From: Trichinella spiralis
Taxonomy: Eukaryota
Length of the DNA: 64,000 bases
Direction of reading: 5' to 3'
NCBI RefSeq assembly: GCF_000181795.1
Contig: NW_003526940.1
Span: 318,660 to 382,659 of the forward strand
A program made the translations under genes and the position numbers. The notes beneath the pieces are model-generated. The model was not told where the DNA came from. It searched no databases and saw only the letters and a program-made list of their open reading frames with translations. Shown piece by piece: positions 52,260-64,000 of this stretch; within the stretch, counting starts at the first letter, position 1, and the number at the start of each line of letters is the position of its first letter.

Positions 52260-55200
52260 GTAAATAAAACATAAGTCAATCGCTAATTACCGATCACACG
52301 ACGTACAGCCTATCAGTGAACAGCCAATCTAAAAAATGAGGTCGAATTTTAGCGGGAAAAATCAGAGTAAACTGGTATATATTAAAAATTGTCCCTAACA
52401 ATATAAAAATATTTGCTATTGACTGAAAACTATTTTGAGCTAATAATAAAAATAAAACTTGATTTTCACTTAAATGATACTATTACGTCATCATATTACA
52501 GTAATACGACGCTGAGTTGAAATTTTATTCGCTTGGTGAAGTGGTGGCTGCGATGAAGTGAGATTCTTTTAAACATTGAATTTTTTCTTTAGATTTCAAA
52601 TTCTTATATTATACATTTATATACTGCAGAAGTTTCTTTTGCATTTAAAAATATAATTTACCATATATAAAAAATTAAGATATTATAATGTAATCTATTT
52701 ATGGTATACATTTACAATTACAGTTCAAATTTTTTATAAATTTTTTGAAGTAATTCTTTTTATTTAACTTTAGCTTATAAGAAATTAATTAGAATCATGA
52801 ATTTAAGATTTTTATTTTATAACGGACACAATAATGCAACTATGCAGTTATTTCTTGAATTTTTTGATTCTGAAATAAGAAACCTCAATGAGATTCATAG
52901 AATAACTGCCAAGAGTACTCTGATCAGCAGTGATTTATTTAGCAATTTTAATTTCCTTTTTTTCAATTTATTCAGTTAGTCAAATTTTTAAACGTCCGAA
53001 ATTTGTTTTAAAGGCATTGCAATTATTTTCTGTCAGCTTGTTACACAAGTCGGCAAGTAAATATTGCATAGAATAATTCCATGGTTGTTTGGTACTCTGC
53101 AGCTATACGTATACATATATATGTATTTGCAGAGTATTTAATTAAAATATGGTACAGAATATTTGTTAGGTAAAATTTAAATTTGACTTAATGTATGAAG
53201 ATTTATTACTTAAATTTTTGTTCCTTCTTTGTACAGTATGTTTCATGTACAGTGTCTTGGTAAATGTTAAATTTATAGATTGCACTTTTGGTATCGCAAG
53301 ATTGTTTAACGAATTGCCCGTTCGGTATCCTGTGAAGCTGACAAGAAAGCGATAGTTTGGTTTAGGTGTTTTTTATTTTATTTCACTTTGTATTTCTTTT
53401 TTTTATTTGTATTGAATATAACATGTTAGACGTTAAAATTTAAGTAAATCTGTTATTGGCAAAATTCATTTTAGCGGGTGCGTTTATTTCATTGCTCCCG
53501 ATAATATGAATTTGCTATAGTGAGTGGATTAAGCTAGAATGGCGAAGTTTTATTGCTAGCCTTGTGGAATAATTCAGACAATTTTTGCTGTGTTATATGA
53601 TTTGATATGGAGTGATTGAATTTGAAAATAAAAGTGAAAAATAATTTACTTTTGTTATTTTTAGGTATACTGCAGTCGTTAACACGTGTACGGTTTTGTG
53701 CGTTATGTATTTTTTTCATATTTGCACAATTTTGAGATGGGAAGATTTTCTCCATCGCAGGTAATGATGTTTTATGATTTTAGAAATAATTGTAACCAGT
53801 TTAAAAAATGATGATCATTGTTAGGGACATCTGAAGTTCTAAAACAGTGACGATGTAGTGTTCTGATATATATATATATTTGTTTGTTTGTTTATATTGC
53901 CGTAAAAATTTTAAATTGTGTATTCAAAATAAAACATTTTAGGGAACGTTGAAAAACTCGTCACGTTCTATTTATTTCACTACAAAAAGGTAAGATGCTG
54001 AAATTTAAGAATGTTTTGTTTATTTTGCATATTTTCTTAAAAATTATAATGTAAAGCCTATTGGTGCTTATTTTGTTTGCACTTTCCAAAGGCAGCTGCG
54101 TACTTTCAGTTCCCTATTTCCCAGTGCATAAACTAAAGTATTACAACTTGGCGCTTAAGTGTGAAGAATAAATTTCTACATATTTGCGTTGTACTTACAT
54201 ATTTATTTAGAACAATTTAAGCTACGTAAATCTTTACTGTTGAAGATAATTTGTATAAATATTTTTAATGGTTTAAAAGATGCTTAAAGACATCTTTTTA
54301 GAAGTGAATTTTTTGTCATTTTGTAGAAAATGGTGGAAGTACAGAGATGAAGAAATGAAACACAGTGTAAATGTATATTTGTTGCACTTATTTTCTGCAA
54401 AATTTACGCATAAATTGTCGAATTATGACATCGATTTATTATCGAAGTAATGTTAATGTTATTTCTGAATTTAAAATAACGTTTTCACTTATGCTAGAAA
54501 TTATTTGACAGTGACTGCTTTTGTAAGCTGACTTTAATTTTTGTTATTAGTACGTAATGATAATTTCATTAATTCAGGAAAGTATTGAATGCTTTAAAAT
54601 TAGTTATGATGAATTTTTTAAATTCAGCTTCCGATATCCTTTAGCACTGTCCAAACGAGCATCTTTGACGTTGAAGTTTTGGATGCTTTGGAATGAAGTG
54701 TGCTTATATCAAGCGCAGTCCATTACTGGGGTCATAGGATTAGATTCGTTTTGACTATTGGAGGAATGCAACAGTTACTCTATTCTGCATTTATTGTGCT
54801 AATAAATACGGATGGTTTCTTAAAAGCCCAAAACGGTTTCTTTTAAATTAAATAAATGTATTATTTAGTTTTGCAGTGAGTGATTAATTTTATTATAAGC
54901 AGTGCTGAAATGAATTTTAAATTCTAGTTTCGCTTTAGACATTTGTGGTTTCATCTATTTCGTCGAAACTGTCGTCTAGCTTTGTTTCATTTTGTTAAAT
55001 GACATCCTGAATTTTTGTAAGGTACTTATTTTCGTATTTTTCAGTGTATTTTTATATTATATGAAAAGTATAATTTAACGTTTCGAAATTTGCCAATGCT
55101 CCACATTTGCGCATTAACTGTCTGATTTGTTGTGGGGCAGTTAAGCTAATTGGTGCAATAATGAATTGTCGACCTATCCTGCTGAAAATTATATATTTTT

Positions 55201-57812
55201 TTTCAGTGTGAAAAATCAACATACAATTTTTTAAGTTGCATTAATGTAATAAGTAAAACTCTGATGTAAAAGTAAAGAACATTGTAGTGAATTAATTGTA
55301 TTTGAAACTGATTGTATGATAAGATATGGAAATAAATTATTTTAATGTTGTAGGATTTGCAGACGTTGGAAGATACTTTAACTTTTTTTGGCCAGAGCTT
55401 CTTATTCACCATGAAATTAATGTAAGTAGTGGAATGCCATGTCATTTAAAAATGAGACATTTTTGAATGATTGGTTCGAAAGTTTGTAAATGTATCCGGA
55501 AAAAATGCAGTTTTGTTCTATCTTAAATTGCTTTAGATTTTGCCGCATTTCGTTTGGGCAGATGCGCAGGCAAATTATAGATTTGGTAGTTGGCAAGCGT
55601 ATTGTAAGCATCATTTCTGATTGATGGTATGTGGAATAGTCAAGAAATGTATATTTGTTTTTCAGCGTTCAACATGCATAATAATTCTTGCACTTCACTT
55701 GATTTGTTGATTATTTTTCAACAAATAGTTAAATAGTGCAAAAATCAAAATGTAGAAGTGTCGGCAAGTTTTTAATGTAATTTGCAGCGTCAGTCTAGCA
55801 GACAAAAATATTGCAGAACATTTTAATTCTTTCTATAAACCGATTTTGCTGATATTATATTTTAATTAATTTGTTTATTAATATTTAACAATTATAGGAT
55901 ACACTGGAAATGGAAGCAGTTGGAAATTGTTGAATAGACTTTGGAAATGTAAGATATTTTTTACTTGAAGCAACTTTGTTTTGATTTTTATAATTGTGAA
56001 ATGATGATACGTTTTTCCACCAAGATCTCTGAAATTTTATGATAAAAATGCTTTTTAACTGATATTTTGTATTTTAATAATTTATACGTATATTTTTTTT
56101 ACTTTGGTTAAGAATATATTGTTTCAGACCTAAGAATTGATTATGCATTGGTATTATGTGGCGATGATGCAACGAATAAAAAATAACAAGTGAGTAATGT
56201 GACGTAATTGCATGTTGCATCTATTTGACGAACAACTGAGCCAGGTATCAGTAGTGTAAATGTATTTTTGTAAATGCATTTTTTCAGTATCTAAAATTAA
56301 ATTGTCTGTGATTATTGAAGAAAATTATGAGTCATTTGAACAGAATATTCCAATTTAACGTTTGATAGAAGTATTAAGTATTTATTATAACTCAGAATGG
56401 GAATACATTTGAAAATTTGACTGGAAGTTTTGTGAATTATTAAAGTGGAAACAAAAGCAAAATTGAGACTTGCACATTGGAAAAGAAAGAATAGGTCAAA
56501 ATTAGACATGTTAAGCTTGTATTGCATAAAAGTGACAAAAACGATTCCAAATATGCAAATCGTTTCGTGTTTAGAAGGTAACTGAACTGTGACAAATTAT
56601 TTTCAGTTTTGTTGCATTATTTGATTTTTTATTGCACCTGAAATCTGCAGATTGTTCTCTTTTTGTCAATCTGCACATTATAGTGCATATAGAGAGGTGT
56701 TCATCTCTTGCTGGGAGAACTTGCCTGTGCTCTTAGTGAATTTTGAACATACAGTTGCATATTAATTATCAATTAGAATTAGATAAAACATAACATTAAT
56801 TCAATTTCCAAAACAGTTCTGTCCATTTTGCAAAGAGAGTAGTGTGAAAAGATGTTACCGTTTGAATTGGCAATCAAATTTACAAGTTTGACCAGGGTTC
56901 GGTGATAGTAATGTGTGGCTGCTTTCATGATGAATTGTGGGTGTTTGAAAGTACAGAAATATTTGTAAAGTTGCCATTCTGGCAGTACATTCTGTGATCT
57001 TTTATAAAGTGGCGTGCAAGCGGTTGATGTTCAATTTGAAACCATATATTTGCATATACAGAGCTTTTCAAAAAATTGCATGATTGATTTGTATGTAAGC
57101 CGTCATGATATTTCTGTGTGACGCGTCGAATAGTGTCGATTTGTCTTTGCAGAAGTGAAAATTGTCGATGAGTCGATTTTGAAAGATGATGATGAATAGT
57201 GCATAAGTTGAATTAACTCACGGGGAAACCAGTGGAAGTTCGGTACAAGTCACTCTCGTCTGGCTTGAATTTACCGACGAAAAACCTGCTTTGAGAAGCA
57301 TAGCATACCGACTGCTAAAAGTTTTGTAGTTGGTTTGAGAAATTTCTGGATAACACGGAATTGTTTTTCATTCAGCACGTTTGTGTCTGAATTTGGTTTG
57401 CGGTGGTTGTCGATGCAGTCTGTGTTGTAGATGCGGTTGAAATGGGTGAGTATATTATGTGTTGGAGCAGTGTTGTCACATGCGTGATGTTTGTTTGCTT
57501 GTTTCGTGATCGCTTTTTTCAGTAGTTTGTTATCTTTGAATAAAACCCCTTCCCACAGTGTTGTGTTATGCGTAAACTTGGTTGCAATCGTGAATCCAGT
57601 TCAAGACAGCTGAAGCGGTTGATTCGAGTTGATCTCATGCAAAGAGAGAGATTTGTCTTGAAGTACTGCGCGTGGTGAATTCAATCCCATGTGGAATGCA
57701 GCTACACTCTGCAATCTAAGAATCAGCGAAACCGATTTTTCTATATTATTTGATGTGTAACTTGCCAAGCTTTCCTTCCAGCCGTTTTCTCAGTTGCTAC
57801 AGGGTCAATTGT

Positions 57813-58330
57813 TGTAGAACGGTTCTTGAGCATTACGAGACAAATATACGACGAAACGCATGATATAACAATTTATTCAAGAGTAGAGTAATGATGAACA
57901 ACACACTAGCAGGGGAGCGCTTCCAGCTAACACATCCACGCAGTTGCACACTCGCCAACTCACCATCTTCTCTTTGATAATGTAGGTCAAAATGGTCGTT
58001 AAACGATGAAAGTGCAACGTGACGTGACGGATCCGATGCTGGATGTTGACAGCAAGCGCGCCAACTGTCGCATTCTGTCAGTCCGCGTGCTAATCGGTGA
58101 ATGATAGCGTATCGGCCGTTTGACTGACACCATCAGTTGCGTTGTTTTTTTGTTGTGCAATGGAGCTGGGACTGTGTTGATGGTCGTTATCAGAGACCAA
58201 GATTCGGTCCAGGCGAACCTTCAAAAACAGTTATCGAATGAAATTGCCGGGCGTCACAAATGCCACGAACCGGGATCCTTATCTTCTTGGGAAGATGAAT
58301 GCGAAATTAGAAACAGCTCACTTGCATTGT
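57813..58330 (-). mobile_element. Possible degenerate LTR-retroelement 3' end
   Basis: A GC-richer block whose minus strand has AATAAA about 50 nt before a ..CTACA end at 57813. No confident protein motif was found. Confidence 0.25.
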
Positions 58331-59159
58331 AGTCATTTGAGAAAAGCCATGTCCTCACTGAACTGGACTGGACTGTACATCACTGAATAAGTGCTTGAAT
58401 CCTGAATCAAACTTTCAGTCAGATGTGCTGGACATCCCGCTCCTGTTCTGACAGAATCGAATTAGACTACAAGCTGACCTGGAAAAATGTACCTCCTGAT
58501 GGAACTGCATCCAGAGGGTCGAGATTCCTGTCGCTTCTTATGAGAGAAGCAAGTAGTTGGGAACCACCTGAAGGTTTATCACCTCACGATAGTATGTTGA
58601 AGGTTACCTTTACCCACCATTTCTGGCCAAGAAGGTCCTAAAAGTATGCCGGACTTGAACAAAGCGACCAACAGGGTCCTGTCTGGCAGTAGTGGATGTG
58701 CGTGTGAATGTAACATGTATGTAAATGGGAGCACTTTTTGAAAAATCTGGGATTGCACAGGAACGGGCTTCATGATGACTTAACGTTCTTTCGTCATCAT
58801 GACGAGTAGCACTATTTGCGTTAAAATTAAAAATTTTGTCAATTTGAAACTAATTATGTATTATGATAATACTGTGTTTGTCTGTTTTGGTTTTTCTTTT
58901 GTATTGTATGAACGTGAAAAAAGTCTGCGTGTGCTTGCTTGCGATTCCTTGCCAACATAATATGCGTTTTGGTCAGTTTGCTGTTCTCACGTTCTCAAAT
59001 CAAGGATTTTTAATTTAAAACCTAATTATATTGTGGCAACAGTATGCTATTCTTTGTTTTGTTGTAGAAAGCCTATCTGAATTTGACTTCGACGTACACC
59101 ATCCACCTGGCAAGAGACACTGGAATGCGGAGACATTCATATAGAATCGGTGTAATATG

Positions 59160-59291
59160 CAGTAAAATTCCGTTATAACGAAATATTTGATGTAACGAAC
59201 ATTTTTAGATTCCCAGGCGAATTTCATATTAATTATATGTTACGAGAATCTCATTATAACGAATGCTTAACAACGAAAAACTCGTTACAAC
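59160..59291 (+). mobile_element. pogo/Tigger-like MITE fragment
   Basis: Starts cagtaaaattccgttataacgaa, resembling pogo-type TIRs, with internal (ttat)aacgaa repeats. Only one end is visible. Confidence 0.5.
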
Positions 59292-59995
59292 TGCGGAATT
59301 TTGGGTTCTACTTCCTCAGCATGGTCAATTTCTACAGACGTTCCTACGTCACATTGCAACCACATTGGCACGTTGGACGCCATCGCATCGCCCGCCGCAC
59401 CAACCAAGACACTCACGGTTGATCAACTGGAAGCTTTTAACGCGGCCAAGAGCGCGTTGCCAACGCCACTATGCAACACCACCCCCACCTGACAGCCAGG
59501 TACATGCCCTAATGGTAGGCGCATCCGACCATGCAATCAGAACAGTAATTCATGGCAACCGTTGGCATTTTCGGTCACGTCCCACGCTCCGCATCTGTCT
59601 GCCATCACCGCTGCGTAAGTCCACGTTTCGATCAGTCCACGGTCTATCACACCCTGGCATCCCCACAACCAAGCGTCTCATGATGGAAATGGGCCCTGGT
59701 ACTCTACCGCAGTGCTCGTGAGGAAGAAAGACGGTAGCTCACGATTCTGTGTCGACTACCGCGAATTGAATGAAGTCACCTGGAAAGACGCACAGCCCCT
59801 GCCAAGGATCGACGCGACCTTCGTCGCTCTGGCGGGGGCCAAGTGCTTTGCGACATTAGACCTAGCGTCTGGGTATTGACAAGTGGAGGTGGACGAGCTT
59901 ACTCTGGAAAAGGCAGCCTTTTTTGTCCCGCTAGGGATATACAGTACCAGTTCAGCGTAATGCCCTTCGAACTGTGCAATGCCCCTAGGAAGTTT
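59292..59995 (+). mobile_element. Mosaic of degenerate Gypsy pol fragments
   Basis: FLSMVNFYRR and EAFNAAKSAL (RT thumb/connection), LMVGASDHAI (start of RNase H), VHGLSHPGIPTT (integrase HHCC region), then a separate RT N-terminus VLVRKKDGSSRFCVDYRELN..LDLASGY*Q..MPFELCNAP. Stops and frameshifts occur throughout. Confidence 0.8.
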
Positions 59996-61219
59996 TAGAG
60001 TAGGGGTAGCCAAAGTGGTCTATATCGACCCCTTGAGGAAAAGGCACAGAATGGAACGACTTTTCCGACTTCACAGCGAGATCAAGTAATTACCGACATT
60101 TTGCGAATTCAGTCAGATGGTTCAAAGTCTGTCCGTGATTATAAATTAAAAAATAAGTATGGAGTTTTGAAAATCGGCAAGGAAAGTAAACTAATCTGAT
60201 TGGGCAAGTATGATGAATAATATGCATCGCTTTTACTGCAAAAGTCTTCGATGCTATCAATGCTGCTCATCAAAAGATTGATCATGGTGGAGAAAAAAAA
60301 ACATTTCGAGTAGCACAGAATCAGTGGACCAACGTCACACAGGAAGCGTACCATTTCTTTCTCACGTTTTATGAAGAATGCCATAAGAAGAGAGCGAGAA
60401 AGCTTTTCCAAAAGCCATGATAAATTTTCAAACCATGCCAGATGGAGATTATAAATATGTATCATGACTTATTTGAATCACTGTATGAAGTTCTGCACTT
60501 TGAGTCCGCTAAAGTCAAGACAGGGTGAAGATCAAGCAAGATCAGAGATCAAAAGCGATCGCTTGTGAATTAGCTTATCTGTAGCGTTTACTTGAATTGC
60601 CATCTATTTTCATTTCCATTTGCAACCTTTCAATGTATATATTTCAATGGTAACGAAATATTTAAACATTCCGCATCAAAAGCAGCTGCTATGATGTAGC
60701 TGATCTGTTTGATGTTGCATTTCAAATTACATTTGAACTTGGTTATAAGTGAGCATGGAATTTAGCAAGAATTACCATGCACTTATCCATTATTTTACCG
60801 TTTAATTAACTACAGGGAATTTTTTTCGGCCAAAATCTTATGCACTTAACGAAGTTCGACTGTATTTTATATGAAATGTATGAACGTCAAACAGGATTTT
60901 TCATACAAACAGCAAACCTCATCGACATGTATAAAATACATATATGGATGTTTTGTAACAAAAGAAACTTTGTAAATATTAAAGTAAAATTCTTGGATTG
61001 CAAATAAGAAAGATTTAAATAGAACACTCCCAGTAAAATCAAGAAATTCATCAGATGCTAACAACTTAGTATTTGTCACTCCTTGGTTAAGCTTGAAAGC
61101 TGCAACTGTGAACAATTTGTCACNTGTGCATTCTNCCCTTTGTATTAAAATCGCCTTTACCAACATATGTGATGTGACGAAGAAAAAGCGAAGAATGTTT
61201 GANANAGGCNTATGCNTTT

Positions 61220-62040
61220 AATCATGCGTAAAATTAAATGAAATTGCGAGCTAACACGTAACGTTAGCATTAGTGCCATTTGTAACCCGAAAATTGGAAG
61301 TGTTGCCACAGCATTCCAGATTTTTCAAACAGATTATTCAGTATTCTGATATTACCACCCGGAAAGTTAACATCCAATCTTGATAAATTTCAACAAGGCA
61401 ACAAATTTATTTACAAACAGTCAGAGCAGATTTATATATCAGGAGGNANATCTNTACTAGACCATTGTTGGCTGTTCTTTACTGTTCTTGCTGCTGCTAT
61501 TGGTTAGTGAAAAATAAAATCACCATTTAATTTATTTTTTTGTATTGTTTTTTTCTGAATTATGACTATCGCATTTTGATATAACCGTCACTTTGGTACA
61601 ATAAAATATAGAATAATGATAAAAAATTATTTTTCGNGAATGCTGGATCANGAAAAAAGTAATAAAACTTNCACCCACCAAATAATATATTTNAAATAAA
61701 CAGAATTTTCNAATGAATGACAAAACTTCAAACAAACAATTAAAATTTTTGGAANTATATAAATATTTCCCATTTTTTATGTTACGTCACTATTATTAAA
61801 GTTACGTAATCCTAAATGGAATATTTGAAACCAATGAAATGAAAAAATATTACAGCTAATCACAACTGAAGAAGTTTGAATTCAATGAGCAATTAGTACA
61901 AAGAAAAACCAATACGANGAAACNANNTCNNNGCNCAANNAAAANGAAANNCNAATACGAACAAAGCATTTGACGGTCCAATAAAATAGCATGGGCAAAG
62001 ACCAATAAGAAAAAAGTGGGACCGAGTAAAACCACCCCGC
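61220..62040 (+). repeat. Dispersed repeat, copy 2 (near-identical to 2600-3386)
   Basis: Co-linear match ending at aaaccaccccgc. The sequence is low quality, with Ns and homopolymer indels. Confidence 0.9.
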
Positions 62041-64000
62041 TGATCAACAGACTGTTTTCACAGAAACTTTTCTGCTATTCGATATAAGCGCTTCAGAACA
62101 AAGCAAATGTATAGTACAGAAATTTCCATTTTACAACAACAAGCAAAGCAGAACTTTATTGCAATATATACCATGGGCAAGATGGGCATTACAACAATAA
62201 CGTATAAATATGAAAAAAGTCCATTTCTAAACTTGTAGACACTGTGCCATGGCAACCAACTAATCGTTATATTGAAAAAATGGATAAGCTGTAATATTAC
62301 AATAATAATGTGCTACAATAAGCCATTGTTTGTATCTTTATTTATTATTATGATTTGTCCACTTGAGCGTGTGGCATCTCCCTTTGTGTATTGGCTTATG
62401 TCCGTTCTTTGAGATACAAACTGAAATTCATTATTATTAATTCTCATCCTTCGAAAACACATCTCAAACCTACGATACGGAAAATAGCACAATCATTGAT
62501 GATAAGCATTGAGGAGTGAAATATGAAAAATAGAATTGACGGTTTTGTTCTTTACAAATTAAATATCTTTATTATCTAATTGCATTATTCTACAAAAATA
62601 TAGAAGCAACAAATGAATAGCCTGAAGAAGAGATAACTGAACAAAGAGATGTTAAATAAACGTGTTTATCTAGGTCATTTTTTGTTTTCATAATTTGACA
62701 TGTAATGACTTTTTATGATGGAAACAGACCTAGTCTGGTTCACTAGCTTGACAATGAAGAAAGTTCTGCAGTAATTATTGTGGGCCAGGTCAACAGCATT
62801 CAGCATGAAGGATTTTCTGAAATTTCACTAGACCAACACACATGTACTGCTGCTAAATATCCCATATGCTAGGCAAAAGCACTTTCAGTTCAATCTGTGC
62901 ATTAGCTACGTTACATCTGAGAAATTTTTCACAGATCATCCATATAATGTGAAGTCAGTGCATACTGCACCACAAGCTTCATAACATTACACGCTAATCT
63001 ACAGAAGCTGGCATTTCAGTATTTCTGAGCACTCTGATGCCATCTAAATGCACAAGCCATAAATTCATGCCATGATAAATGGTGGTCTGGAATTTTTACA
63101 ATGCTGCGGATGCTTTCTCAAATAAACTCATTATCTGACCAAGGCAGTGAACTCCATGATATTGCACAATTATTGTTCACTCTCAACAATGGGAATGAAA
63201 ATTTTGGCAGTACATGAAAGACCAGTTTATGCTCCTTGGTTGGTGACCAGGGTAATCAACTATGATCATATTTTGTCAGAGCATATGCGGTGCTTGAGCA
63301 AGATAACGGACACACTCGTGATGAAGTGAACTTAAGATGAAAAATAATTTGCTTTCAGTTTCGTTTGGTGAAATCATTTCGAAATGCAACAGATATTTTT
63401 TGATCTGGAGTGTTGAACCATAGTAATACAACAATTGCAACTTCAATGTTTAATCAACCCAGTAGTCAGTTTTACTTTAGATATTGAAAAACAAATTTAA
63501 TACCCTTTACACAAAATGTATAATCACAAATTTCTATTTTAAACAAAATTCCAGATTTTATTTTTTATATAAATGATACATAAGAAAAAAAACAATAACT
63601 CTTGTTAACAGGAACGAAAGAAACATTGAAGAGAATGAAGATATAAAATTCTCATCCAAACTTGAAATATTTTCAGCGAACAGAAAATATTAAGATGCTA
63701 ACATTCAGCAATCACCACTTCTAGTTTTAGCCGAAAATTACTGCTGTAGACAATTTATCAATTGTAGATTTTCCCTTTGTACTTGAATAGCCCTTAGCTG
63801 CTCTTCAGAGAAATTTCTGACAAACGGAAAAACACTTATGCATCAATCTCATATAACTGCTAGCTAAAACGTAATTTATCTGATGAGAGAAACAACTGTT
63901 TGTTGACATTCTTTGAAACAGTATTTATCAACGCGGATGGATAAAAGTAAAGCACTTTGAAAACAGAAAGAAAGCGATGAACAGCACCAACCAAGCACAA

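Noticed and set aside
52750..56600. Scattered exon-like segments with ttttag/gtaag boundaries
   Set aside because: I could not build a consistent reading frame or recognise a product. A lncRNA or fast-evolving gene is not excluded and needs RNA-seq.

Overview
AT-rich, intron-dense eukaryotic genomic DNA, most likely from a clade I parasitic nematode such as Trichinella. The taxon is inferred from a secreted His-less DNase II/plancitoxin-like gene and short AT-rich GT-AG introns, and is not proven. Host genes reconstructed by eye are a DDX10/Dbp4 helicase (-), two convergent Polycomb/CBX-like chromodomain paralogs with C-box-like tails, two intronless secreted BPI/LBP-like paralogs (-), a catalytically substituted DNase II-like gene (+) and eIF3j (+). 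The centre (about 37.4-48.2 kb) is a GC-rich retrotransposon complex holding two adjacent long inverted repeats. One is a BEL/Pao element with an inverted, internally deleted second copy joined into it (arms about 1.5 kb). The other is a Gypsy element whose two ends are the same LTR-gag end in inverted orientation (1163-bp arms) yet are flanked by a perfect 4-bp target-site duplication. The complex is bracketed by an ~850-bp direct duplication that also preserves the empty insertion site. The best candidate for an undescribed system is this double-hairpin retroelement locus as a possible dsRNA/siRNA source; the structure is seen directly but the function is inference. Also present are piggyBac, pogo-like, hAT-like and Gypsy remnants, a dispersed repeat in three copies, a small foldback, and an 834-N assembly gap.
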